This document shows positions 40,597 to 53,800 of a DNA stretch of 64,000 bases, in pieces. The stretch lies in contig CM082589.2 in NCBI GenBank assembly GCA_040954595.2, positions 2,926,113 to 2,990,112 of the forward strand, given 5' to 3'. The translations under genes and the position numbers were made by a program. Every line of letters begins with the position of its first letter. The stretch's first letter is position 1. The stretch comes from Balanoglossus misakiensis. Its lineage: Eukaryota > Animalia > Hemichordata. The notes under the pieces are model-generated. The model had not been told where the DNA came from and did not search any database. It saw only the letters and a program-made list of their open reading frames with translations.

Positions 40597-40921
40597 ACAA
40601 GTTTGTAAAGAACTCCAAGATATGCTAAGTCAAGATCGGTCACCTCTGGGCAACACGAGGCCACAAGTGATACTGGACCCAGCTATACAGCGCTGTCTCA
40701 CCCATTTTAGTTTGATAAGCCACGGTTTCGGAACTCCGGCAATGTGTGCCGCCCTCACCGCTATTCAGAATTATTTCACAGAAATGTTGAAATACCAGGA
40801 AAAAGCTTTTCCCAGCGTGACTGCACAGCATTCATCCACAGGTGCTAAGTTGGACTCCAACTCCAATAAGAACAATAGCGAGAAGACATCGTCGGAGGAC
40901 AGAAAACAGGATGTCGTGTAA
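40597..40921 (+). CDS. TFAP2: TFAP2/AP-2 terminal coding exon (helix-span-helix dimerisation domain and C-terminal tail)
   Basis: Acceptor ttcctcctctttcattggcAG|a. Translates (K)[69 protein letters not shown]...QDVV, stop TAA 40919-40921. Contains the AP-2 motifs QDRSPLGN and LTHF.LISHGFG. Confidence 0.97.
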
Positions 40922-43510
40922 AAGCTGTTCGCTTCGTACAAAATCATGATAAGAGAGAGAACTGTGTGAATGAGTGTTGTATACATACCGACACTTGTGG
41001 GTAGGGCAACTATGCACTGTACTCGGGTGTCATCGACATACTCCGTCTATAGTACGATGTCTGCCGAAGATTTCCGACGGCTGTGATGCTCGGATATTCG
41101 GAATAACTATATATAGGAACGCACGCGCACTGATGGCAAGACTGGCTCGAATTTATTTCGCTGTAACACTAATTTATCATTATCTTCAGATTGGGGCTGT
41201 ATACGTTTTTTTATGGGTGGAGCCAGGATAAAACTACATCCTTGACTTTTGTTGCCATGACAATCATTTTCAGTGGATTATCAAGTGCTGCCATGTTTTT
41301 TGTGGACTTGAAAATTTTGCACTTTTTGTTAGCGGCTTAGTTTTTACAGATACATCACTCCTTTCGCAAAGAGTGTTTTCGTTTTGTCAAGACTGTTGGG
41401 TTTTTGAAGCCCAAAGAAATACCGTCTGTATCATTCATATTCTGTAGTGTAATGTACGTAAATATTAGTATTTTTGTGTAAACAACTCATTAGGTGACAC
41501 CGACGTTTATTCTGGACTCTAGAGTGCGCTGTTTATGTCCGCATAAGGGGGAGAAAAAAACATTTGGCGAAATACGCCTTTGAGGACCGGACGAGCCTGT
41601 AGCGGGCACCGCTTTCGCACAAGGCAGTCATGTGGGACTCAAGACTGACCTGGGTCATTTTACATGCTGCATGAGACGACAACTGCAATTGTAGATTTGT
41701 GACGGTGCATTGCATGCAGGGAAATCAAGATGGTGGTAGAAAATTTGAACAAAACATAAAGCTATTCTTGATTTCTTAGAAATATGGCGCGTGGCTCCGG
41801 GTATATAGACTAGCGACAGCGTAATGCAGTATACGAGTTAAATCCGTCCGTACCTTTAGATATCATTCGGTACACTCTTACGAGAGAAGCTGGTCGCTTA
41901 CAATTTCAATGTGATGTGACTGTGTTCCATACTTCATACTCTGTGAGGCGGTCTCGTTTATCGTGCTTTGGAAGCACAACAGAAAAACAAAAAATTTAAT
42001 GTGGTCACGTGACCAACTTTAAACAAAATTACCTGCCAGACAGAGTTCAAGTTGGAACACTTTGACAATGGTAATTTAAGTCGACTGTCGTTTACTGAAA
42101 GAGTTTGGTCACTGACCGTAGATTGGACCGTGTATGCGTTGTGCATGTCGCAGCTATAAGTAGTGGTATTTTTTTAAATTTTGTTTTGCAATACATGTAG
42201 TATTTTGAGGGTATGAGGTGACGGGCTCAAAAGCAAGTAAGCTTATATATAGTAAATATTTATACATACTGCACTTTTGGGCTGACGATTTATTAATGAT
42301 TATATTGACTCTGGTTAAAGAGTAGAAAGCATTTTTTTTTAAATTTTGTTTGAAGTTAAGACAATCAACAGAGATCGTTGAACTTTGACCCGGGAAGCTC
42401 ACTGGTTATTTAAATTTCGATGATTTTCTTTCGGGCGTATTTGTAGCCTGTGGTCAGGACTTCCGGGCCAAATTTGTGAGGATTTGGTTTCAGTAATGTC
42501 CAATATGGCTCTTTTTGCAACAACTGTCACCTTTGTTCTATTTTGTGGATAATTAACTGGAAAAGTGCCCGGATGTTATTTTATGCTCATGCTGAGCGAG
42601 ATATTAAATGGAGTGGGGTGGGTTGGGGGGAGAGCTGGTCTTGCTATCATTGCGCATGTGCGAGATTTTAGCGTATTCACTTTGTTTTTGCATTCCAGTT
42701 CGTTGTGTGTGGAAGGACTAACTATGAGAAATCAAAAAAGAGTTCACTACTCAGTTTGTTTTTTGTTTTGTTTTGTTTTTGGTTTCCGTTTATGTGCAAA
42801 CATGACAGGCATGTTGGCAATAATTTAATATTCATAAAATATAAGTATATATAAACTCAATCGGTGTGATTGCTATGTTTTTGTGCAGATATTTGTAGAC
42901 TTTACGTTCGTTACTCTTCTTTCATTTTAACAAATTTAAATATGTTTGGATGGGATTTTTAGCAGAATGTGAAATTTTTCTATTTTATTTTACGCCACCT
43001 GTAAAAATTTAGACTATGTCCCCAAAACTTATATCTATATCGTATCCCCTAAAATTTCAGTTTTTAACAATGTCTTTTGAAAAAAAAAATCGCAGAAAAT
43101 GCAGTTTTGAACAAACAGTTGGACCTCTGTCAATGTTTATGGGTGTCTGTGAAAAAAATAAGAAAATGTACGATTTTTGCAAGTGACGTCATGATTTTTT
43201 ATTGTTGTCCTTGATGTTTGTCGCCATATTGTTGTAAAGCTTTGAGAGCAGTTGGGAGGATATTATATTGTAAACTTTGTGAAACCTGTTCTTGTGGCGT
43301 TTGAATCCTGTTTCTGTGATATTTAGCTGCACGGTTGGAAAACAATACACGGCGCATGCTCAATCAGTATTTCGATGTGGAATCGGGTAGTTTCTTAGAT
43401 ACATTTTGTACATAATCACGCGGTATCGGTCACCTTGACAACTTGTCACGTGGTCAAGATACTTAACATATATTAACATTAAAAAGTTGGTCGGTTCAAT
43501 ACCCCCTTGA
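40922..43510 (+). other. TFAP2: Probable TFAP2 3' UTR (end approximate)
   Basis: AT/T-rich non-coding sequence after the stop codon. Pumilio-type TGTACATA at 43407-43414, ATTAAA at 43478-43483, T/GT-rich tract near 43555-43575. Confidence 0.5.
43478..43483 (+). terminator. Candidate polyadenylation signal ATTAAA (alternative AATAAA at 44270-44275)
   Basis: Hexamer with an upstream TGTA element and a downstream T-rich region; motif evidence only. Confidence 0.4.
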
Positions 43511-44012
43511 TCAAAATGAAAACCTTGCATCGTGAACAAAAAAAACAAACACAAATGTCTTTTTTCACTGTCTGAGATTGACTGAGGATAAGCGGACAGG
43601 TGCCAGATTGTTATAACATTTTAAAGAGTTCGTAAGTGTTGGTAATGAGTGTACCTTTTTTATTTTGTTCTGTGGCATCTAGTTTTCGATATGGCTGAAC
43701 AGGCCGACAACTGTATAGTGTACGTAGAGTAAGTCCGTCTCTCGAGCAGAGCTGATATCTTCGACAATCGACGCCATCTGGATCTTGTAGAGAAATACGC
43801 TAGTGTTAGATGTGTCTGAAATTTAACGACAAGAAGCTTTGAAATGAAATTTTACAGCATATACCTTCAGTGATATTGTTTAGCTGTAGTGGTGTAGTTA
43901 ATTTAAACAGGCATTCCCGCTTTCGAAAATAATTTATTGACTATCTAATCGCACACTGTTGTGACGAATAACTCTTCTGGTTATTCGCTGTAGCATCTAT
44001 CATACTCGGATT

Positions 44013-44039
44013 GCGCCTGCGCTAAGACCTGCGCAGGCG
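44013..44039. promoter_or_regulatory. Paired inverted NRF1-like motifs (promoter-like element)
   Basis: GCGCCTGCGC (44013-44022) and TGCGCAGGCG (44030-44039) form a perfect 9-bp inverted repeat in otherwise AT-rich DNA. Both resemble the NRF1/Ewg consensus YGCGCANGCGCR. Confidence 0.45.
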
Positions 44040-44800
44040 TTTGTTCGGTGTGAGAAGATGACGCTGCAAAATGGGACCCCTGCTCGGGAGACGGATTTCA
44101 AGTTCAAGTTTGTAGACCAGGTGGCGGCGTGTGAAACACGCCTGTCGTGGTCAAGTGTAGCAAGCGATCAAATCGTGCCATCATCCAGAGTGGCATTTCC
44201 CTATTTTCTGTACTAGGCATGACGTGTTAGCTATTAATTAACAATTTGGAAACAGAGTACAGAGTCTATAATAAAACAAGAAAATGTTGATTATAAATTC
44301 GCTGTTGTCCTGTGTTTACTGGCTGTCTGGTTGTATGTTCAGTTCTAATACCCACAGGTGCAGATCTGAAGTCCTGTTCAGTCTCATTCAGGAGATCTAT
44401 ATTCGCCAACTACAGACGCCCACTCGCTCTTCAAGCCTATACTCAGGGTTGACAAGATTCCTCGGAAGCATTGTCCTTTGGCACCCAGAATGGTGATTAC
44501 GAGGCGCATTGTCAGATCAACAATTTGCAATCAAAGGGGCCGAATAACAGGTACACGGATGAACCCACCTTGTTTTGTCAGAATACACGCATTGTGTCAC
44601 CCTATAATGATGTCACAAAGAAGCGAACGACTTCATGTGTGGCGAGGAACATTCCTAACATGTCCAAACAGGACAGTTAGATTTTTGTCATTTCAAATGG
44701 AGTACGTGTCCACCTTGTCTGTCACGCCCTTCACTGGTGGTATTTTAAAAATCTGAATGTACATTGCTGAACCGGGTAAGTAAAAATTTATCATTTTTTT

Positions 44801-47800
44801 GAAGATTTTCATGGGCTATAACCCATGGTTTTTATCAAAAAATGACCAAATTTTGAAAATTCGCGAAGTCGAAAAATCGTCGATTCTGGACGATTTTCAT
44901 GGGCTATAACCCATGGTTTTTATCAAAAAATGACCAAATTTTGAAAATTCGCGAAGTCGAAAAATCGTCGATTCTGGACGATTTTCATGGGCTATAACCC
45001 ATGGTTTTTATCAAAAAATGACCAAATTTTGAAAATTCGCGAAGTCGAAAAATCGTCGATTCTGGACGATTTTCATGGGCTATAACCCATGGTTTTTATC
45101 AAAAAATGACCAGATTTTGAAAATTCGCGAAGTCGAAAAATCGTCGATTCTGGACGATTTTCATGGGCTATAACCCATGGTTTTTATCAAAAAATGACCA
45201 AATTTTGAAAATTCGCGAAGTCGAAAAATCGTCGATTCTGGACGATTTTCATGGGCTATAACCCATGGTTTTTATCAAAAAATGACCAAATTTTGAAAAT
45301 TCGCGAAGTCGAAAAATCGTCGATTCTGGACGATTTTCATGGGCTATAACCCATGGTTTTTATCAAAAAATGACCAGATTTTGAAAATTCGCGAAGTCGA
45401 AAAATCGTCGATTCTGGACGATTTTCATGGGCTATAACCCATGGTTTTTATCAAAAAATGACCAGATTTTGAAAATTCGCGAAGTCGAAAAATCGTCGAT
45501 TCTGGACGATTTTCATGGGCTATAACCCATGGTTTTTATCAAAAAATGACCAGATTTTGAAAATTCGCGAAGTCGAAAAATCGTCGATTCTGGACGATTT
45601 TCATGGGCTATAACCCATGGTTTTTATCAAAAAATGACCAGATTTTGAAAATTCGCGAAGTCGAAAAATCGTCGATTCTGGACGATTTTCATGGGCTATA
45701 ACCCATGGTTTTTAGCAAAAAATGACCAGATTTTGAAAATTCGCGAAGTCGAAAAATCGTCGATTCTGGACGATTTTCATGGGCTATAACCCATGGTTTT
45801 TATCAAAAAATGACCAAATTTTGAAAATTCGCGAAGTCGAAAAATCGTCGATTCTGGACGATTTTCATGGGCTATAACCCATGGTTTTTATCAAAAAATG
45901 ACCAAATTTTGAAAATTCGCGAAGTCGAAAAATCGTCGATTCTGGACGATTTTCATGGGCTATAACCCATGGTTTTTATCAAAAAATGACCAAATTTTGG
46001 AAATTCGCGAAGTCGAAAAATCGTCGATTCTGGACGATTTTCATGGGCTATAACCCATGGTTTTTATCAAAAAATTACCAAATTTTGAAAATTCGCGAAG
46101 TCGAAAAATCGTCGATTCTGGACGATTTTCATGGGCTATAACCCATGGTTTTTAGCAAAAAATGACCAGATTTTGAAAATTCGCGAAGTCGAAAAATCGT
46201 CGATTCTGGACGATTTTCATGGGCTATAACCCATGGTTTTTATCAAAAAATGACCAGATTTTGAAAATTCGCGAAGTCGAAAAATCGTCGATTCTGGACG
46301 ATTTTCATGGGCTATAACCCATGGTTTTTATCAAAAAATGACCAGATTTTGAAAATTCGCGAAGTCGAAAAATCGTCGATTCTGGACGATTTTCATGGGC
46401 TATAACCCATGGTTTTTAGCAAAAAATGACCAAATTTTGAAAATTCGCGAAGTCGAAAAATCGTCGATTCTGGACGATTTTCATGGGCTATAACCCATGG
46501 TTTTTAGCAAAAAATGACCAAATTTTGAAAATTCGCGAAGTCGAAAAATCGTCGATTCTGGACGATTTTCATGGGCTATAACCCATGGTTTTTAGCAAAA
46601 AATGACCAAATTTTGAAAATTCGCGAAGTCGAAAAATCGTCGATTCTGGACGATTTTCATGGGCTATAACCCATGGTTTTTATCAAAAAATGACCAAATT
46701 TTGAAAATTCGCGAAGTCGAAAAATCGTCGATTCTGGACGATTTTCATGGGCTATAACCCATGGTTTTTATCAAAAAATGACCAAATTTTGAAAATTCGC
46801 GAAGTCGAAAAATCGTCGATTCTGGACGATTTTCATGGGCTATAACCCATGGTTTTTAGCAAAAAATGACCAAATTTTGAAAATTCGCGAAGTCGAAAAA
46901 TCGTCGATTCTGGACGATTTTCATGGGCTATAACCCATGGTTTTTATCAAAAAATGACCAGATTTTGAAAATTCGCGAAGTCGAAAAATCGTCGATTCTG
47001 GACGATTTTCATGGGCTATAACCCATGGTTTTTATCAAAAAATGACCAAATTTTGAAAATTCGCGAAGTCGAAAAATCGTCGATTCTGGACGATTTTCAT
47101 GGGCTATAACCCATGGTTTTTAGCAAAAAATGACCAAATTTTGAAAATTCGCGAAGTCGAAAAATCGTCGATTCTGGACGATTTTCATGGGCTATAACCC
47201 ATGGTTTTTATCAAAAAATGACCAAATTTTGAAAATTCGCGAAGTCGAAAAATCGTCGATTCTGGACGATTTTCATGGGCTATAACCCATGGTTTTTATC
47301 AAAAAATGACCAAATTTTGAAAATTCGCGAAGTCGAAAAATCGTCGATTCTGGACGATTTTCATGGGCTATAACCCATGGTTTTTATCAAAAAATGACCA
47401 AATTTTGAAAATTCGCGAAGTCGAAAAATCGTCGATTCTGGACGATTTTCATGGGCTATAACCCATGGTTTTTAGCAAAAAATGACCAAATTTTGAAAAT
47501 TCGCGAAGTCGAAAAATCGTCGATTCTGGACGATTTTCATGGGCTATAACCCATGGTTTTTAGCAAAAAATGACCAAATTTTGAAAATTCGCGAAGTCGA
47601 AAAATCGTCGATTCTGGACGATTTTCATGGGCTATAACCCATGGTTTTTATCAAAAAATGACCAAATTTTGAAAATTCGCAAAGTCGAAAAATCGTCGAT
47701 TCTGGACGATTTTCATGGGCTATAACCCATGGTTTTTATCAAAAAATGACCAAATTTTGAAAATTCGCGAAGTCGAAAAATCGTCGATTCTGGACGATTT

Positions 47801-50800
47801 TCATGGGCTATAACCCATGGTTTTTATCAAAAAATGACCAAATTTTGGAAATTCGCGAAGTCGAAAAATCGTCGATTCTGGACGATTTTCATGGGCTATA
47901 ACCCATGGTTTTTATCAAAAAATGACCAAATTTTGAAAATTCGCGAAGTCGAAAAATCGTCGATTCTGGACGATTTTCATGGGCTATAACCCATGGTTTT
48001 TAGCAAAAAATGACCAGATTTTGAAAATTCGCGAAGTCGAAAAATCGTCGATTCTGGACGATTTTCATGGGCTATAACCCATGGTTTTTATCAAAAAATG
48101 ACCAGATTTTGAAAATTCGCGAAGTCGAAAAATCGTCGATTCTGGACGATTTTCATGGGCTATAACCCATGGTTTTAGCAAAAAATGACCAGATTTTGAA
48201 AATTCGCGAAGTCGAAAAATCGTCGATTCTGGACGATTTTCATGGGCTATAACCCATGGTTTTTAGCAAAAAATGACCAAATTTTGAAAATTCGCGAAGT
48301 CGAAAAATCGTCGATTCTGGACGATTTTCATGGGCTATAACCCATGGTTTTTAGCAAAAAATGACCAAATTTTGAAAATTCGCGAAGTCGAAAAATCGTC
48401 GATTCTGGACGATTTTCATGGGCTATAACCCATGGTTTTTAGCAAAAAATGACCAAATTTTGAAAATTCGCGAAGTCGAAAAATCGTCGATTCTGGACGA
48501 TTTTCATGGGCTATAACCCATGGTTTTTATCAAAAAATGACCAAATTTTGAAATTCGCGAAGTCGAAAAATCGTCGATTCTGGACGATTTTCATGGGCTA
48601 TAACCCATGGTTTTTATCAAAAAATGACCAAATTTTGAAAATTCGCGAAGTCGAAAAATCGTCGATTCTGGACGATTTTCATGGGCTATAACCCATGGTT
48701 TTTATCAAAAAATGACCAAATTTTGAAAATTCGCGAAGTCGAAAAATCGTCGATTCTGGGACGATTTTCATGGGCTATAACCCATGGTTTTTATCAAAAA
48801 ATGACCAGATTTTGAAAATTCGCGAAGTCGAAAAATCGTCGATTCTGGACGATTTTCATGGGCTATAACCCATGGTTTTTATCAAAAAATGACCAAATTT
48901 TGAAAATTCGCGAAGTCGAAAAATCGTCGATTCTGGACGATTTTCATGGGCTATAACCCATGGTTTTTATCAAAAAATGACCAAATTTTGAAAATTCGCG
49001 AAGTCGAAAAATCGTCGATTCTGGACGATTTTCATGGGCTATAACCCATGGTTTTTATCAAAAAATGACCAAATTTTGAAAATTCGCGAAGTCGAAAAAT
49101 CGTCGATTCTGGACGATTTTCATGGGCTATAACCCATGGTTTTTATCAAAAAATGACCAAATTTTGAAAATTCGCGAAGTCGAAAAATCGTCGATTCTGG
49201 ACGATTTTCATGGGCTATAACCCATGGTTTTTAGCAAAAAATGACCAAATTTTGAAAATTCGCGAAGTCGAAAAATCGTCGATTCTGGACGATTTTCATG
49301 GGCTATAACCCATGGTTTTTAGCAAAAAATGACCAAATTTTGAAAATTCGCGAAGTCGAAAAATCGTCGATTCTGGACGATTTTCATGGGCTATAACCCA
49401 TGGTTTTTATCAAAAATGACCAGATTTTGAAAATTCGCGAAGTCGAAAAATCGTCGATTCTGGACGATTTTCATGGGCTATAACCCATGGTTTTTATCAA
49501 AAAATGACCAAATTTTGAAAATTCGCGAAGTCGAAAAATCGTCGATTCTGGACGATTTTCATGGGCTATAACCCATGGTTTTTAGCAAAAAATGACCAAA
49601 TTTTGAAAATTCGCGAAGTCGAAAAATCGTCGATTCTGGACGATTTTCATGGGCTATAACCCATGGTTTTTATCAAAAAATGACCAAATTTTGAAAATTC
49701 GCGAAGTCGAAAAATCGTCGATTCTGGACGATTTTCATGGGCTATAACCCATGGTTTTTATCAAAAAATGACCAAATTTTGAAAATTCGCGAAGTCGAAA
49801 AATCGTCGATTCTGGACGATTTTCATGGGCTATAACCCATGGTTTTTATCAAAAAATGACCAAATTTTGAAAATTCGCGAAGTCGAAAAATCGTCGATTC
49901 TGGACGATTTTCATGGGCTATAACCCATGGTTTTTATCAAAAAATGACCAAATTTTGAAAATTCGCGAAGTCGAAAAATCGTCGATTCTGGACGATTTTC
50001 ATGGGCTATAACCCATGGTTTTTAGCAAAAAATGACCAAATTTTGAAAATTCGCGAAGTCGAAAAATCGTCGATTCTGGACGATTTTCATGGGCTATAAC
50101 CCATGGTTTTTATCAAAAAATGACCAAATTTTGAAAATTCGCGAAGTCGAAAAATCGTCGATTCTGGACGATTTTCATGGGCTATAACCCATGGTTTTTA
50201 TCAAAAAATGACCAAATTTTGAAGATTCGCGAAGTCGAAAAATCGTCGATTCTGGACGATTTTCATGGGCTATAACCCATGGTTTTTAGCAAAAAATGAC
50301 CAAATTTTGAAAATTCGCGAAGTCGAAAAATCGTCGATTCTGGACGATTTTCATGGGCTATAACCCATGGTTTTTAGCAAAAAATGACCAAATTTTGAAA
50401 ATTCGCGAAGTCGAAAAATCGTCGATTCTGGACGATTTTCATGGGCTATAACCCATGGTTTTTAGCAAAAAATGACCAAATTTTGAAAATTCGCGAAGTC
50501 GAAAAATCGTCGATTCTGGACGATTTTCATGGGCTATAACCCATGGTTTTTAGCAAAAATGACCAAATTTTGAAAATTCGCGAAGTCGAAAAATCGTCGA
50601 TTCTGGACGATTTTCATGGGCTATAACCCATGGTTTTTAGCAAAAAATGACCAAATTTTGAAAATTCGCGAAGTCGAAAAATCGTCGATTCTGGACGATT
50701 TTCATGGGCTATAACCCATGGTTTTTATCAAAAAATGACCAAATTTTGAAAATTCGCGAAGTCGAAAATCGTCGATTCTGGACGATTTTCATGGGCTATA

Positions 50801-53800
50801 ACCCATGGTTTTTATCAAAAAATGACCAAATTTTGAAAATTCGCGAAGTCGAAAAATCGTCGATTCTGGACGATTTTCATGGGCTATAACCCATGGTTTT
50901 TATCAAAAAATGACCAAATTTTGAAAATTCGCGAAGTCGAAAAATCGTCGATTCTGGACGATTTTCATGGGCTATAACCCATGGTTTTTATCAAAAAATG
51001 ACCAAATTTTGAAAATTCGCGAAGTCGAAAAATCTTCGATTCTGGACGATTTTCATGGGCTATAACCCATGGTTTTTATCAAAAAATGACCAAATTTTGA
51101 AAATTCGCGAAGTCGAAAAATCGTCGATTCTGGACGATTTTCATGGGCTATAACCCATGGTTTTTATCAAAAAATGACCAAATTTTGAAAATTCGCGAAG
51201 TCGAAAAATCGTCGATTCTGGACGATTTTCATGGGCTATAACCCATGGTTTTTATCAAAAAATGACCAAATTTTGAAAATTCGCGAAGTCGAAAAATCGT
51301 CTATTCTGGACGATTTTCATGGGCTATAACCCATGGTTTTTATCAAAAATGACCAAATTTTGAAAATTCGCGAAGTCGAAAAATCGTCGATTCTGGACGA
51401 TTTTCATGGGCTATAACCCATGGTTTTTATCAAAAAATGACCAAATTTTGAAAATTCGCGAAGTCGAAAAATCGTCGATTCTGGACGATTTTCATGGGCT
51501 ATAACCCATGGTTTTTATCAAAAAATGACCAAATTTTGAAAATTCGCGAAGTCGAAAAATCGTCGATTCTGGACGATTTTCATGGGCTATAACCCATGGT
51601 TTTTATCAAAAAATGACCAAATTTTGAAAATTCGCGAAGTCGAAAAATCGTCGATTCTGGACGATTTTCATGGGCTATAACCCATGGTTTTTATCAAAAA
51701 ATGACCAAATTTTGAAAATTCGCGAAGTCGAAAAATCGTCGATTCTGGACGATTTTCATGGGCTATAACCCATGGTTTTTATCAAAAAATGACCAAATTT
51801 TGAAAATTCGCGAAGTCGAAAAATCGTCGATTCTGGACGATTTTCATGGGCTATAACCCATGGTTTTTAGCAAAAAATGACCAAATTTTGAAAATTCGCG
51901 AAGTCGAAAAATCGTCGATTCTGGACGATTTTCATGGGCTATAACCCATGGTTTTTATCAAAAAATGACCAAATTTTGAAAATTCGCGAAGTCGAAAAAT
52001 CGTCGATTCTGGACGATTTTCATGGGCTATAACCCATGGTTTTTATCAAAAAATGACCAAATTTTGAAAATTCGCGAAGTCGAAAAATCGTCGATTCTGG
52101 ACGATTTTCATGGGCTATAACCCATGGTTTTTAGCAAAAAATGACCAAATTTTGAAAATTCGCGAAGTCGAAAAATCGTCGATTCTGGACGATTTTCATG
52201 GGCTATAACCCATGGTTTTTAGCAAAAAATGACCAAATTTTGAAAATTCGCGAAGTCGAAAAATCGTCGATTCTGGACGATTTTCATGGGCTATAACCCA
52301 TGGTTTTTAGCAAAAAATGACCAAATTTTGAAAATTCGCGAAGTCGAAAAATCGTCGATTCTGGGACGATTTTCATGGGCTATAACCCATGGTTTTTAGC
52401 AAAAAATGACCAAATTTTGAAAATTCGCGAAGTCGAAAAATCGTCGATTCTGGACGATTTTCATGGGCTATAACCCATGGTTTTTAGCAAAAAATGACCA
52501 AATTTTGAAAATTCGCGAAGTCGAAAAATCGTCGATTCTGGACGATTTTCATGGGCTATAACCCATGGTTTTTAGCAAAAAATGACCAAATTTTGAAAAT
52601 TCGCGAAGTCGAAAAATCGTCGATTCTGGACGATTTTCATGGGCTATAACCCATGGTTTTTATCAAAAAATGACCAAATTTTGAAAATTCGCGAAGTCGA
52701 AAAATCGTCGATTCTGGACGATTTTCATGGGCTATAACCCATGGTTTTTATCAAAAAATGACCAAATTTTGAAAATTCGCGAAGTCGAAAAATCGTCGAT
52801 TCTGGACGATTTTCATGGGCTATAACCCATGGTTTTTATCAAAAAATGACCAAATTTTGAAAATTCGCGAAGTCGAAAAATCGTCGATTCTGGACGATTT
52901 TCATGGGCTATAACCCATGGTTTTTATCAAAAAATGACCAAATTTTGAAAATTCGCGAAGTCGAAAAATCGTCGATTCTGGACGATTTTCATGGGCTATA
53001 ACCCATGGTTTTTATCAAAAAATGACCAAATTTTGAAAATTCGCGAAGTCGAAAAATCGTCGATTCTGGACGATTTTCATGGGCTATAACCCATGGTTTT
53101 TATCAAAAAATGACCAAATTTTGAAAATTCGCGAAGTCGAAAAATCGTCGATTCTGGACGATTTTCATGGGCTATAACCCATGGTTTTTATCAAAAAATG
53201 ACCAAATTTTGAAAATTCGCGAAGTCGAAAAATCGTCGATTCTGGACGATTTTCATGGGCTATAACCCATGGTTTTTATCAAAAAATGACCAAATTTTGA
53301 AAATTCGCGAAGTCGAAAAATCGTCGATTCTGGACGATTTTCATGGGCTATAACCCATGGTTTTTATCAAAAAATGACCAAATTTTGAAAATTCGCGAAG
53401 TCGAAAAATCGTCGATTCTGGACGATTTTCATGGGCTATAACCCATGGTTTTTATCAAAAAATGACCAAATTTTGAAAATTCGCGAAGTCGAAAAATCGT
53501 CGATTCTGGACGATTTTCATGGGCTATAACCCATGGTTTTTATCAAAAAATGACCAAATTTTGAAAATTCGCGAAGTCGAAAAATCGTCGATTCTGGACG
53601 ATTTTCATGGGCTATAACCCATGGTTTTTATCAAAAAATGACCAAATTTTGAAAATTCGCGAAGTCGAAAAATCGTCGATTCTGGACGATTTTCATGGGC
53701 TATAACCCATGGTTTTTATCAAAAAATGACCAAATTTTGAAAATTCGCGAAGTCGAAAAATCGTCGATTCTGGACGATTTTCATGGGCTATAACCCATGG

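Noticed and set aside
44115-44160. Helitron 3' terminus (hairpin plus CTRR)
   Set aside because: The hairpin is followed by GTAG rather than CTAG/CTRR, and no matching 5' end was identified.
44860-44876. CENP-B box in the monomer (TTCG...)
   Set aside because: TTCGCGAAGTCGAAA does not fit TTCGNNNNANNCGGG.
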